A stretch of DNA of 64,000 nucleotides, taken from the NCBI GenBank assembly GCA_963817955.1, contig CAWFQK010000002.1, positions 544,001 to 608,000 of the forward strand. The letters are read 5' to 3'. Below, in pieces: positions 48,993-59,521 of this stretch. The notes under the pieces are model-generated. The model made no database searches. It saw only the letters and a program-made list of their open reading frames with translations, and had not been told where the DNA came from. Every line of letters begins with the position of its first letter. Within the stretch, counting starts at the first letter, position 1. The DNA comes from an uncultured Gemmatimonadaceae bacterium (GTDB taxonomy: Bacteria; Gemmatimonadota; Gemmatimonadetes; Gemmatimonadales; Gemmatimonadaceae). Position numbers and translations under genes: made by a program.

Positions 48993-50570
48993 ATGTCACT
49001 GACAATCAGACATTCCCGACGAATCGCGCTCCTCGCACTGTCCATGGCCTCTGTTCCCGCACTCGGCGGAGCGCAGGCGACGACGCCGCAAGGATTGCGA
49101 TCGGCCGTAGCCAGCTACCGAGCGTCACACGATGCAGCCATCGTCCGCGAGCTGAGCGATTTTCTCGCGATCCCGAACCTCGCGACCGACACGGCCAACA
49201 TTCGGCGTAATGCCACGCATCTGATGGACATGATGACGCCGCGGGGAATTTCGGTGCGCCTGCTCGAGTCGCCGAGCGGTGGGCCACCGGCGGTGTATGG
49301 TGAACTGGTAACGCCTGGCGCAACGAAAACCGTCGTCTTCTACGCACACTACGACGGACAGCCGGTGGATACGACGCAGTGGACGACCCCCCCCTGGCAA
49401 CCAGTGCTGCGCGATAAAACGCTCGAAGCGGGAGGGAAACCGATCGACATTCCAGCAGCATCTGGTTCGATGAATGGCGAGTGGCGCCTGTACGGGCGCT
49501 CGGCGAGCGACGACAAGGCGCCGATCGTCGCGATGCTCAGCGCGTTGGACGCGCTCCGAGCCAGTAGCGTGAAGCCGTCGGTGAACCTCAAGTTCTTTTT
49601 CGAAGGCGAGGAGGAAGCCGGCTCGGGACATCTGCGCGAACTGCTCGAGCGCAACGCCGCTCTGCTCCACGCCGACGCATGGCTGTTCGGTGACGGACCC
49701 GTGCATCAGTCGCGACGCCAGCAGATCGTGTTCGGCGTGCGCGGCGTGACGGGGGTGGAGATGACCGTCTACGGACCGTCACACGGCCTCCATAGTGGCC
49801 ATTACGGGAATTGGGCGCCGAACCCGATCACGTTGCTCGCCAATCTCATCGCCAGCATGCGCAACGATGACGGCCGCATTCTCATCAAGCATTTCTATGA
49901 CGACGTCGCGCCAATCACCGCCGCCGAGCGGCGGGCACTGGCCGCCGTTCCGGCGATCGACTCGGCAATGCGCGCCGAGGTACAGCTGGCGGCGACGGAG
50001 GCGAGCAACGCACCGCTCGTCGAGCGCATCATGCTTCCGGCCCTGAACCTGCGCGGTATTCGCGGCGGTGGCGTGGGCAGCACGGCGTCGAACACCATTC
50101 CCACAGACGCGACGGCGTCGATCGACTTTCGCCTCGTGCCACGCCAGACGCCGGCGCACATCAAGCTGCTGCTCGAAACACACGCGCGGTCGCAGGGGTT
50201 CTTCGTCGTCGATCACACGCCGACCGCCGCGGAGCGGATGACCCATGCGAAACTTCTCAAGATGACGTGGGAATCCGGGTACCCGGCCACGCGGGTATCG
50301 ATGGACTCACCGCTGTCGCGCGCCGTGATCCGCGCCACCCAAGAGTCGATTGCCACGCCAATCGTGGCGCTGCCGACGCTGGGCGGCAGCTTGCCGATGT
50401 ACACCTTCGAAAGCGTGCTCCACGCACCGCTCATCGTGCTGCCGATCGTCAACCACGACAACAATCAGCACGCGGCCAACGAGAACCTGCGGCTGCAGAA
50501 TCTGTTCGACGGCATGGCGGTGTACGCCGGAGTCATGGCACGCGTAGGGCAGTACTGGAGTTCGCGGTAA
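48993..50570 (+). CDS. Secreted M20/M25/M40 family metallopeptidase
   Basis: Signal peptide; YAHYDGQP, GRSASDDK, EGEEE, HSGHYG, HAANEN. Confidence 0.9.
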   Translation: MSLTIRHSRRIALLALSMASVPALGGAQATTPQGLRSAVASYRASHDAAIVRELSDFLAIPNLATDTANIRRNATHLMDMMTPRGISVRLLESPSGGPPAVYGELVTPGATKTVVFYAHYDGQPVDTTQWTTPPWQPVLRDKTLEAGGKPIDIPAASGSMNGEWRLYGRSASDDKAPIVAMLSALDALRASSVKPSVNLKFFFEGEEEAGSGHLRELLERNAALLHADAWLFGDGPVHQSRRQQIVFGVRGVTGVEMTVYGPSHGLHSGHYGNWAPNPITLLANLIASMRNDDGRILIKHFYDDVAPITAAERRALAAVPAIDSAMRAEVQLAATEASNAPLVERIMLPALNLRGIRGGGVGSTASNTIPTDATASIDFRLVPRQTPAHIKLLLETHARSQGFFVVDHTPTAAERMTHAKLLKMTWESGYPATRVSMDSPLSRAVIRATQESIATPIVALPTLGGSLPMYTFESVLHAPLIVLPIVNHDNNQHAANENLRLQNLFDGMAVYAGVMARVGQYWSSR

Positions 50571-50579
50571 CACGCCGTG

Positions 50580-51608
50580 TTACAGTATCCGCCGTAGCAC
50601 CCCAAGCCCCGGTCCTGACGGGATGCTGATACGCCCACCAACGATGGTCGCTCCGGTGTACGGATCGTCGGCAAGCAGGGCAGCGCCGTCGAAGTCGGCG
50701 TAGTCGAGCAGCGGTGCGAAATGCGCGGCGGCGGTGATGCCGAGGCTCGTCTCGATCATGCAGCCGGCCATGACGAGCATCCCGTGCGATCGTGCGGTGG
50801 CGATCATCTTCAGCGCTTCGCGCAGGCCGCCACACTTCGACAGCTTGATGTTGATGCCGTCGGCGACGCCCGCGAGCTTGGGGATGTCGGTGGCGACCAC
50901 GCACGATTCGTCGGCAATGATAGACAGCGGCGCGCGGTCGCGCACGAAACGGAGACCATCGAGATCGTGCGGCGGAAGCGGTTGCTCGACATAGTCCACG
51001 CCGCACTCGACCAGCACATCCATCATGGCCAGCGCCTGCTTTGGCGTCCACGCCGCGTTGGCGTCGACGCGCAACACCTTGTCGGGCGCGGCCGCGCGGA
51101 CGGTGCGCACGATCTGCTCGTCGTGATCCGTGCCGAGCTTCACCTTGAGCACGGGATACGCCGAGGCCTGTTCCACGCGCTGCCGCAGCTCAGCGTCGGA
51201 CGCTGCGATGGAGATGGTGAAGCTCGACAGCGGCGCCTTGGCCGGATCGAGTCCCCACAACCGGTACAGCGGCACGCCGAGCCGCTTACCGGCCAGATCG
51301 TGCATGGCGGCACTGATCGCCGATTTCACCGAGCCGTTGAAGCGCAGCGCACGGTTCATCTCCAACTCCACGTCCTCGAGCGCCCAGGCGTCGCACGCCT
51401 CGACGATCGGCTTCAGACGCTCGAGCGCGCCGAGCGCGGTGTCCGCCGTTTCGCCATAGAAGCGATTCGGGGCCGCTTCCCCCCACCCCTCCACGCCGTC
51501 GCGGTCAATGACGCGTACGCGGATCAGCCGGTGCTCCGTTGCGCCGCCACGGGCGATGACGAACGGGTGGGTCGTATGGACGATCGAGATGTCGTGCTGG
51601 AGTTTCAT
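50580..51608 (-). CDS. Dipeptide (L-Ala-D/L-Glu) epimerase, enolase superfamily
   Basis: KVKLG, RVDAN, EQP, ADES, NIKLSKCGG, DFDG. Confidence 0.9.
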   Translation of the reverse strand: MKLQHDISIVHTTHPFVIARGGATEHRLIRVRVIDRDGVEGWGEAAPNRFYGETADTALGALERLKPIVEACDAWALEDVELEMNRALRFNGSVKSAISAAMHDLAGKRLGVPLYRLWGLDPAKAPLSSFTISIAASDAELRQRVEQASAYPVLKVKLGTDHDEQIVRTVRAAAPDKVLRVDANAAWTPKQALAMMDVLVECGVDYVEQPLPPHDLDGLRFVRDRAPLSIIADESCVVATDIPKLAGVADGINIKLSKCGGLREALKMIATARSHGMLVMAGCMIETSLGITAAAHFAPLLDYADFDGAALLADDPYTGATIVGGRISIPSGPGLGVLRRIL

Positions 51609-52612
51609 GGGATGGGAGAAGGTCGGCTGCGCCGGGCGTTACTGGCCATGCGGTACGCCGGCGCAGCGGCGGGAAGTGCGCGCAGGAATGCGACGAGCGC
51701 GTCGGCAAGATCGTGGCCGCGTGCATAGCGCGCGGCCGGCGCCTTGGAGAGGCAACGCATCACGATTGCCGATAGCTCGGCGGGCACGCGCGAGCTCGCA
51801 TCGATTGGTGCGACCGGCGCTTCGTGCACCTGTTTGTAACTGACGGCAAACGCATCTGCGCCATCGAATGGTGGAAACCCGACGAGCGCTTCGTAGAGCA
51901 GAATGCCCATCGCATAAATGTCGCTGCGCCCGTCCACGAGCTTGCCCATCGCCTGCTCGGGCGACATGTAGTGCGGCGTACCCATTGCGCGACCCGTGGC
52001 CGTGAGACGGGCATGGAAGCGCGCCGTCGCGATGCCAAAGTCCGTGAGCACCGAGTTGCCATCTTCGTCGAACAGCACATTGTCCGGCTTGACGTCGCGG
52101 TGCACGACCCCGCGGCGGTGCGCGTAATCCAGCCCGCACGCCACCTGCGCTCCGACCGCCGCGACACGGGCCGCGTCGACGAAACGGCTCTTCTGGATGG
52201 CATCGGCCAACGAACCGCCCTCGAGATACGGCATGACGGTGTAGACGACTTCGTTCGTGGCGCCGTAGTCGAGAATGCCACAGATGTGCGGATGGACGAG
52301 CTTTGCCGCCGCTTCCGCTTCGCGCCGGAACCGCTCGGCCACCTCCCGGTCGCGCGCGAGGTGCGCGTGCAACACCTTGATGACCACTGGACGCGAAAGC
52401 TGCGTCTGCTCGGCGACGTACACGTCGGCCATGCCGCCACCGCCTATGCGCCGCAGCACGCGATAGCGATTGCCGGTGGCGCGGCGGAGGCGCGAGATGT
52501 CCTCGTCAGGACATTCGAACGGCGCGCGCGCGAGTTGGGGCAGAATTTCCGCGCATCGAACACACGCCGCCAGCGAGGCGCGATTCCACGTGCCGCATTG
52601 CGGACAGAACAC
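51605..52612 (-). CDS. Soluble Ser/Thr protein kinase with N-terminal zinc ribbon
   Basis: CPQC...CVRC; GGGGMADVY, HRDVKPDN, DFG, GTPHYMSPE. Confidence 0.93.
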   Translation of the reverse strand: MFCPQCGTWNRASLAACVRCAEILPQLARAPFECPDEDISRLRRATGNRYRVLRRIGGGGMADVYVAEQTQLSRPVVIKVLHAHLARDREVAERFRREAEAAAKLVHPHICGILDYGATNEVVYTVMPYLEGGSLADAIQKSRFVDAARVAAVGAQVACGLDYAHRRGVVHRDVKPDNVLFDEDGNSVLTDFGIATARFHARLTATGRAMGTPHYMSPEQAMGKLVDGRSDIYAMGILLYEALVGFPPFDGADAFAVSYKQVHEAPVAPIDASSRVPAELSAIVMRCLSKAPAARYARGHDLADALVAFLRALPAAAPAYRMASNARRSRPSPIP

Positions 52613-52615
52613 GCG

Positions 52616-53254
52616 TCAGCCCCCGAACTGCATGTGTACGAAATCGTACGGTGCCCAGGGGCCGGTGACATCGAAGCGCAACATCTTATGCGCTTCGCGC
52701 TGTTCGGCGACCGCGGCGAGGAACTCCTTCCAGTGATCGCGTTCGACGAGGAACGCCGTACTGAGGGTCAAACCGGTCACCTGCTCGATACGGAGTGGCA
52801 CGCTGCCGACCGCATGGCGCCGCATCGCACGGAACGCCTCGGTGGCGGCGGCGGCGAGATCCGATCCCGATTCCAGTTCGCCGTGGCGGCCGTCGTTCCG
52901 CACCACGTGCACGCGCGCTGCCATGCGATCCTCGATGAATTCCAATGCCCCTGAGAGCGATACGTAGTGCAGCTCCATCCAGTGCTTCAGCACGTCCGGC
53001 GCGCGGAACATCACACCAACCGGCGCCGGCAGCACCGCCGCGCGCCGGAATGCCGCATCGACAATTGCCTGGCTCTCCGCGATATGCTGCGCGGGTTCGT
53101 CAAGCGAGAAGTTCTTCTGCTCAGTGACGATCGCGGCCAGATCGCGAAAAGGAATGAACGACGTCGAAATCGCCGAATCGCTCCCGTCCCCCTGCTCCGC
53201 GGGCGTCTCGTGACGGGCGTCAGCGACGGTAATGGCGTGCAGTCGGAGCGGCAT
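52616..53254 (-). CDS. GvpL/GvpF family protein
   Basis: FRDLAAIV, VLPAPVG, AFLVER, TGPWAPYDFV. Confidence 0.75.
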   Translation of the reverse strand: MPLRLHAITVADARHETPAEQGDGSDSAISTSFIPFRDLAAIVTEQKNFSLDEPAQHIAESQAIVDAAFRRAAVLPAPVGVMFRAPDVLKHWMELHYVSLSGALEFIEDRMAARVHVVRNDGRHGELESGSDLAAAATEAFRAMRRHAVGSVPLRIEQVTGLTLSTAFLVERDHWKEFLAAVAEQREAHKMLRFDVTGPWAPYDFVHMQFGG

Positions 53255-53427
53255 TCAGACGAGGGTTTCCGGAAACGGAAAAGGACGGGACGGACCATGG
53301 CGATGCCCGGGTTCAGGCTGGGCATCCATCAAAACTGCATCCAGGTGACCCAAAAGGGGAATGTCTGGGCGTTTATACCCCCGCATTCCGCGGATCCGGG
53401 CGAGCGGACACATCGGGAGCCCGGCCT

Positions 53428-54354
53428 TCATTCCAGGGCCTGCATATGCCTCACGCACGCCACACCCAGCCGCTGCGGCACATAACCGCCTTCGAGCGCG
53501 CTGACGACCCGTCCGCCGCACCACGTCTCCGCGTGATCCACGACAAAGCGTGTCAGCTGCTGGATGTGCTCGTACTCCAGGGTGAACGCCCCGAGTGGGT
53601 CGCCGCTGAGTGAGTCGAACCCGGCCGAGATGAGCACGAGGTCCGGCACGAAGCCCACAGTGGCCGCGTCGATCGCCGACTGGAGCGCGTCAACGTACAC
53701 CGCGGGCGCGAGTGCCGCCCGCATCGGCACGTTCCATATGGTGTCGTGCGGTCCCCGATCATCGGCGGCGCCCGTGCCCGGATACCATGGCCACTGATGC
53801 ATCGACACGAAGTGGATGCCGCGATCCTGCTCCACCAGTGCTTGCGTGCCGTTGCCGTGGTGGACATCCCAGTCCACGATGAGCACGCGTTCCATGCCGC
53901 GCACGCGCCGGGCATAGTGCGCGCCGAGGGCAACATTGCCGAATACGCAGAAGCCCATCGCGGCCGCATGGAGCGCATGGTGCCCCGGCGGGCGCACGGC
54001 ACAGAAGCTCCGTCGCGGTCCATCGGCGCAGGCGAAATCGATTCCGTCGAGTACGGCGCCCGCCGCGGCGGTCGCTGCGTCCCAGGACCCTTCGCTCACC
54101 ACCGTGTCGGGGTCGAGACGTCCGCCTCCGGCGGCGACCAGCGCGCGGACCTGCTCGATGTATTGGCGATCGTGCGCCAGCGCGAGTTCGTCCGCAGACG
54201 CATGCCGCGCATCGACATGACGAATCCGGCGGAACAGGTCCGCTTCTTCGCGCAATGCCGACGGAATGGCGCGGAGCCGACCGACGTGCTCGGGATGATT
54301 CCAGCCCGTGTCATGTCGGCCGCAGTCGGAGCTCGAGATCAACGCGATCGTCAC
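53428..54354 (-). CDS. Histone deacetylase family amidohydrolase
   Basis: HPE, RPPGHHA, GFC, DWDVHHGNGTQ, SAGFD, LEGGY. Confidence 0.94.
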   Translation of the reverse strand: MTIALISSSDCGRHDTGWNHPEHVGRLRAIPSALREEADLFRRIRHVDARHASADELALAHDRQYIEQVRALVAAGGGRLDPDTVVSEGSWDAATAAAGAVLDGIDFACADGPRRSFCAVRPPGHHALHAAAMGFCVFGNVALGAHYARRVRGMERVLIVDWDVHHGNGTQALVEQDRGIHFVSMHQWPWYPGTGAADDRGPHDTIWNVPMRAALAPAVYVDALQSAIDAATVGFVPDLVLISAGFDSLSGDPLGAFTLEYEHIQQLTRFVVDHAETWCGGRVVSALEGGYVPQRLGVACVRHMQALE

Positions 54355-55625
54355 TTGAGTCCGCGCAACCTGCGCGACGACCACTCGGCCAATAACAATA
54401 CCATAATGAGCAGCAGTAGAATACGCCTATCCAGCGGAGCGCGGCTTTCCAGGTCCACGCCCGCCGGCACCGGGGCGCCGAGTCTCGCGAACAGGTAGGC
54501 ACGCGGAGCGCTTGCGAACATGGGGGTCGGGGCCAGCGCTGTAGTGGGAACATAGGCCACCGAACCGACGACGCGAGCCCACCAGTCGCGATGCGCGCGC
54601 TCGGAGCTCACTCCACCGGCCATGCGCCAGCGCCAGCTGTCGTCGTAGCCCACCTGGAGCACGCGTCCCGCCGCCACCCGGCGCGCCGCGATTACCACGC
54701 CATCGACGCGGCGCTCGAGCGCCACGCCATCGGCGGTCAGCGCGCGTACGGGATAGAAGCCAGTGGCGCCAAGCCCGATCGTATCCTTCGGAACGACCAC
54801 GGGCCGTACACGCGCGCCAAGCACTCCCGGCGCAAGAGTCGCCACGGACGGCGCGAGGCTCGACGGACCGGCGAGCACGAGCCCTCCGCCCGATCGGACG
54901 AAGCGCTCCAGCTGTGGACCGAGCGATTGCACGGCGGAATCGACAGCAATCACCGCGGCGACACGGCTGGTGTCGAGCACGATTGGACCACCTTGCGATA
55001 CCTGCACGTTCGGCGCGACAGCAAAGCGCGCGATCACCGGCCAACCGCGCTCCTCGAGGGCTGCGACGATGAACTTCCCTTCCCAGCTCGCATCGCCGAT
55101 CACGACGATCGATCGGAGGTGCGCCGAGTCGGGCGCGAGCACCGAGAGCTGTTGCGCACCGGCCGTGGCACCAATCGCACCGATTGCCAGCGGGAGGGTG
55201 GCCGTCGCGCCGAGCCCACTCACACGCGCCGTGTCGATGATACCTCCTTCGTCGCGCAGCACCACCGCAGAGCCCGAAGGAGCCGCGAGGTCGACACGGA
55301 CACCGCCGCTCGGATCTGGTATCGGCTCGACGGTCATCGCTACGGCTGGCGGCGAACCGCTCCACACTACCGTGTGACCGCCGTGCCGCAACGCCGCAAG
55401 CCAATCGATTGCCCACGTTGGCGGCGCGGCGGCGACATCGACACGGAATGACGTCGCATGGGCATCACGGGTCCAGGCCGCGAGGCGCGTGAGCAGATCG
55501 AGATCGGTCGCGCGTTCCCATCGGCGGGTCCCGGTCACCATGAGGCTGCCGCCCAGTAACCACCCGAGCAGGGCGAATGCGCCGACGCGGCATGCCGTCT
55601 CGAAACGCCTACGCCGTGAGCGCAT
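54351..55625 (-). CDS. Membrane-anchored hypothetical protein (glutamine amidotransferase-like, MoxR-operon associated)
   Basis: FVRSGGGL, SWRWRM, C-terminal LLAEWSSRRLRG. Confidence 0.7.
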   Translation of the reverse strand: MRSRRRRFETACRVGAFALLGWLLGGSLMVTGTRRWERATDLDLLTRLAAWTRDAHATSFRVDVAAAPPTWAIDWLAALRHGGHTVVWSGSPPAVAMTVEPIPDPSGGVRVDLAAPSGSAVVLRDEGGIIDTARVSGLGATATLPLAIGAIGATAGAQQLSVLAPDSAHLRSIVVIGDASWEGKFIVAALEERGWPVIARFAVAPNVQVSQGGPIVLDTSRVAAVIAVDSAVQSLGPQLERFVRSGGGLVLAGPSSLAPSVATLAPGVLGARVRPVVVPKDTIGLGATGFYPVRALTADGVALERRVDGVVIAARRVAAGRVLQVGYDDSWRWRMAGGVSSERAHRDWWARVVGSVAYVPTTALAPTPMFASAPRAYLFARLGAPVPAGVDLESRAPLDRRILLLLIMVLLLAEWSSRRLRGLK

Positions 55626-56220
55626 ACACCACCAGGTTCACGGCGAAGCGCGTGTTATCCACCGACAGAAAGCGTTTGTTGTCGGGATGGTAGTTCCACT
55701 CGGAGCTGTAATCCTTGCTGCTGTACAACACCGCAATGCGGCCGTTGCGCTGCACAGCGAGCAGATGCTTGTGCACCAGGTTGTCGCCCCATCCGTTGAG
55801 CTCGTGGCTGGTCGTAGGTGGACCGTCGAACTTGAAGAACGCGGAATACAGGGGGTGATCGTTTGGCAACTCGGCGAGCGGCCCAACCGTGCGGCCGATC
55901 TCCTCGGTCGCCGTCTTGTGGAACGTGCCATCGATATCGTGGTTATGATCGTCGACGAACAACAATCCGCCGCGCTCGACGAACCGCCGCACGTTGGCGC
56001 GCTCGGCCTCGTTGAATCGCACGGGAAGATGGCCGGTCAGATAGAGCAGCGGGTAGCGCAACATGTGCACGTCGCCGAGTGGCACGATCACACCGGTGGG
56101 CGCAACCCGGATCTCCGTGTAGCGCACGATGGTGTCGATGATGTTCGGCGGAACGAGCGGCGCACTATCCCAGTCCCCGGAGTCGTACTGCGCCGTGGCG
56201 AAGACGAATTCGGCGCTCAT
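55609..56220 (-). CDS. DUF4159 domain protein
   Basis: YDSGDWD, YPLLYLTGH, GGLLFVDD, NLVVYAL. Confidence 0.85.
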   Translation of the reverse strand: MSAEFVFATAQYDSGDWDSAPLVPPNIIDTIVRYTEIRVAPTGVIVPLGDVHMLRYPLLYLTGHLPVRFNEAERANVRRFVERGGLLFVDDHNHDIDGTFHKTATEEIGRTVGPLAELPNDHPLYSAFFKFDGPPTTSHELNGWGDNLVHKHLLAVQRNGRIAVLYSSKDYSSEWNYHPDNKRFLSVDNTRFAVNLVVYALTA

Positions 56221-58262
56221 GGAACAAATCTCCAACGCGTGAGCGAATCGCGCACGATGGGTACGCCGGACAGGAGACGCCGCGCGCGCGCCAGTGCCGC
56301 GTCTGCTGCATCGCTCCGGCCGCGACGCATGGCGGTCACCGCGTCATCGAGCGCGGCAGCGAATACCGGAGCGTCGTTCAACGCGTCGATGCGCAACAGC
56401 AGGAGCGAATCGACAGCCGCCGCGGGATCACGACGCGATGCGTCGACGATGCGCGAAAACCGCTCCATGCGCCGCCGAACCGCCGTGTCGCCCGATGTGA
56501 GGACGCGCCGCGTGCTCGAGACTCCCTTGTCCTTTCCTTTGAGTCGCGCCCGCTCGATGTCGATCACCACGATAGGCGGAGCGCCGCGCAGATACACGCG
56601 TTCAGCCTGGCGCGCGCGCTGGATAGCGGCGAGCGCAAGGCGCATGTGTGGCAGTGCGCGGCCCGGCTCACCGACTTCCAGTTCCGTGCTCGCATTCCAC
56701 ATCGCGTTGTAGGCCTCGAGCAATGGCTTGTTGGTCGAGACTACGGGACTCTCGCCCTCCGCGAAATCGATCGGATCGGTCGAGCGATTGGTCGCCGAGT
56801 CGGCGCGCGCGAGCATCTCCTCCATGGAGCGGGCGCGAGCCGGCGCGTTCTCATCGGTGTGTTCCTCGCCGCTCGGCGTTCCGCCGAGCCGCATGAACAC
56901 CAGGTCGCCGACGCCGCGCCGCAGCCGCTTCTGCTCAGACGCGATGCCCCGCGACTCCTGCACCAATGTGTCGCGCCGCAGTGATGACCGTTTCTTCTCC
57001 AGCGCCTCGGCGAGCATGATCAGCATGCGTTCACTGATCATGCTCTTGTCTGCCTCGGATGGCGCCGCCGCTTCCACCGCGACCGAGTCGTACTCGCCGG
57101 CGCGGGCAATGCGAATGGCCCGCGTCTCCGACACGCCCGTCCCCGGGCCGGATACTGTGTTGGCATCGCGCGCCACCGCCCGAAGGTGGACGATGTCTCC
57201 TGGTTTCAGCCCGAGCGAATCGAGCGAGAGCGACGCAGACATCGACGCGCGCCGCACGTTCGGCGGCACACTGCCGATCGTTCCCGATTTGAACGTGAAG
57301 TTCTCGCCCTCGCCGGAGCTCACGATGTACTCGAAATTGGCGGTCGCAATGCCGAAGTCGTCCGTCGCATCAGCGGCAAGTGCGATACGGCCGCGCGGCG
57401 CGCGCAACACCGAGTCGTGCGCCGGCGCCTCGAGCGTGACGATCGGTGGATTGTCGGCGAGCGGTTCCAGAGCCACGATTCGCTCGTGACCACCGTCCAC
57501 GAGCCGAATGGCCAGCGGGCGCTCCGGCACTCGCAACGTGATCGACCATCGGTCGTTCTCGCCGGTTGCACGCACGCTGTCGATGCCGATCTGCGCGGTG
57601 ATCCCCGCCGCGGCGCCGCGCCCGGTGAGCATGAGTGTGCCGCCGACGAGCGCACGCACGTCCGTGGGCTCGTCGGTTCTCGTGCGCGGCTCGCCGGAAT
57701 ACGCTGGTGGCGTCACCTCGGCGACGAGTGGAGTCAGTCGGCTCTCCGATGTGCCGCGCGGGCGATTGCGCTCGAGCGAATCCCCGGCATGGGGCGCGCG
57801 CACACGAGCCACCGCGCCGGCGGGAAGCAATACGACCATGAGCCATGCTGCGACGATGATCAGCGCAGGTGCGCCGATGACGCGTGCCGCACCACGAACC
57901 GCCACCTTCCCCCATGACGCAGCATCGACGCGGCGCAGGAGCCCATCGTTACCCGTCTCCACCGCCGTCACCAGGCGATACTCGAGCTGGGGGTGATGCT
58001 CTTCGATCCAGAGGGCAACGCGAGCGAGGGACAGCGCGCCGCGATCTCGCCAGGCGAGGGCAACAGCCGTAGCGCCCGCGCCGCCGACCGCCACGGAGAG
58101 CATCGCGCTTCGAGCAGCGAGCGACAACGGCGTGAAGGCGTCGGCGCCGGCAGTGAGCGCCAAGACGGACAGCATCGCCACGGCACCCCACGCGAGTGCA
58201 CGCAGCAACGCTGCCGCGACAAGCGTCGCCCGCACGAATTTGAGCCGCCCCAAGGCGTTCAT
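56217..58262 (-). CDS. DUF4175-like membrane protein
   Basis: N-terminal TMs, RLVTAVE, PPAYSG, DDFGI, LKPGD...ARD, helical C-terminus. Confidence 0.7.
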   Translation of the reverse strand: MNALGRLKFVRATLVAAALLRALAWGAVAMLSVLALTAGADAFTPLSLAARSAMLSVAVGGAGATAVALAWRDRGALSLARVALWIEEHHPQLEYRLVTAVETGNDGLLRRVDAASWGKVAVRGAARVIGAPALIIVAAWLMVVLLPAGAVARVRAPHAGDSLERNRPRGTSESRLTPLVAEVTPPAYSGEPRTRTDEPTDVRALVGGTLMLTGRGAAAGITAQIGIDSVRATGENDRWSITLRVPERPLAIRLVDGGHERIVALEPLADNPPIVTLEAPAHDSVLRAPRGRIALAADATDDFGIATANFEYIVSSGEGENFTFKSGTIGSVPPNVRRASMSASLSLDSLGLKPGDIVHLRAVARDANTVSGPGTGVSETRAIRIARAGEYDSVAVEAAAPSEADKSMISERMLIMLAEALEKKRSSLRRDTLVQESRGIASEQKRLRRGVGDLVFMRLGGTPSGEEHTDENAPARARSMEEMLARADSATNRSTDPIDFAEGESPVVSTNKPLLEAYNAMWNASTELEVGEPGRALPHMRLALAAIQRARQAERVYLRGAPPIVVIDIERARLKGKDKGVSSTRRVLTSGDTAVRRRMERFSRIVDASRRDPAAAVDSLLLLRIDALNDAPVFAAALDDAVTAMRRGRSDAADAALARARRLLSGVPIVRDSLTRWRFVP

Positions 58263-59521
58263 CGGGGACGTGTCTCCGTACGGCGGATCACCAGCTCGAT
58301 GATGAGGAGCACGGCACCCAGTGCGAGAAGCCACGGCGTCCATCGCGACGACTCACCCGCTCGATGGTGCAACGCAATCGACGCCGCGAGTGGGCCACTG
58401 CCGGCAAGCGACAGGATGGCGGCACGCCCGATCGGCGCCGAGACGCGTGCACCGCCGCAGGGGACGAGCAGCGACGCCGCGAACTGCCGGAAGGACGCGT
58501 GAAGGGTGACGTCGCTGGACTGATCGATCAGCACCCCAACGTCGCGGATGCAACCGCGTCCCAACGGACGTTCGACCGCGGCCGCTTCACCATCAACCCA
58601 ATGGGCGATCGACTGCCCCTGGAGGACCCAGAGGCGCGGAAAGCGCGCCACGAGCGTGCCCGTGGGCGAGGTAACGCCGCCGATCGCATCGATGTTCGTA
58701 CGCGCCAGCCATCGCGCCGAGCTGTCGTTCTCGGGCCAGTGAAGGAGCACGCGTCCACTGTCGCGCGCAATGGCACTGTCTGCCGCGCTGACGTGCCCGC
58801 GCACGAGCCGGACGTTCCCCACCTTGGCCATGACGCCGGCGAGAGAGAGGCCCGCGACGACCGCATCATTTGTCGATGCCGCGGACTCAACGCGCGGCAT
58901 GATCGGGCGCGCCGGGGTCGCCGCGACCGGCACCAGTCGAATTCGTCCGGGCCACGCCGAACGAATGCGATCGGTCGCGCTATCGATCTCCTCACGGGCG
59001 AACGGTGAGACCACGATGAGCTCCACCGAATCGCTGCGCGCCGACGCACCGGACGCCGCTTCGATACCCGCCGCGAGCATGGCCGACATCGAGCCGTGTG
59101 CCGAGTTCACCGAGAGCGATTCGAGTGACGCTGCGGTGGTCATCACGCCAATACTGTCCACCACGATGACCGTCGCACCGCCACCCACCAACGTGCGAAC
59201 GCTGTCGCCCAACTCTGTCGCGCTCGCCACGGCACGCGAACGGTCGATGACGAGCACGCGCGCCACCCGTCCCCGCGACGCGAACACGGGCGCCGCAACC
59301 GCCAGACCGAGTGCCAGGATGGCGGCAATGCGGACGCACAGCAGCAGCAGATCGCGCAGTGCGAAGGACCGGGTGCGGGCGTGTACCGGTCGTGCGGGAA
59401 TGAAGCGCGCCGTTGGAAACGGCTCGGCAAGCGGACGACTGCGCGCAATGAAGTGCAGCGCGAACGCCGCCAGCACCGCGATCCCGGCAACGGCCAGCGC
59501 CGACGGCAGGAGCCAGGTCAT
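58259..59521 (-). CDS. BatA N-terminal domain / VWA-like protein
   Basis: LHFIAR...FPTARF...LLLCVR, VIDRSRA (degenerate MIDAS), C-terminal TM. Confidence 0.8.
   Translation of the reverse strand: MTWLLPSALAVAGIAVLAAFALHFIARSRPLAEPFPTARFIPARPVHARTRSFALRDLLLLCVRIAAILALGLAVAAPVFASRGRVARVLVIDRSRAVASATELGDSVRTLVGGGATVIVVDSIGVMTTAASLESLSVNSAHGSMSAMLAAGIEAASGASARSDSVELIVVSPFAREEIDSATDRIRSAWPGRIRLVPVAATPARPIMPRVESAASTNDAVVAGLSLAGVMAKVGNVRLVRGHVSAADSAIARDSGRVLLHWPENDSSARWLARTNIDAIGGVTSPTGTLVARFPRLWVLQGQSIAHWVDGEAAAVERPLGRGCIRDVGVLIDQSSDVTLHASFRQFAASLLVPCGGARVSAPIGRAAILSLAGSGPLAASIALHHRAGESSRWTPWLLALGAVLLIIELVIRRTETRPR

Noticed and set aside
52616..53254. Gas vesicle gene cluster
   Set aside because: Only one gvpL/F-like gene; no structural gvpA/J genes.
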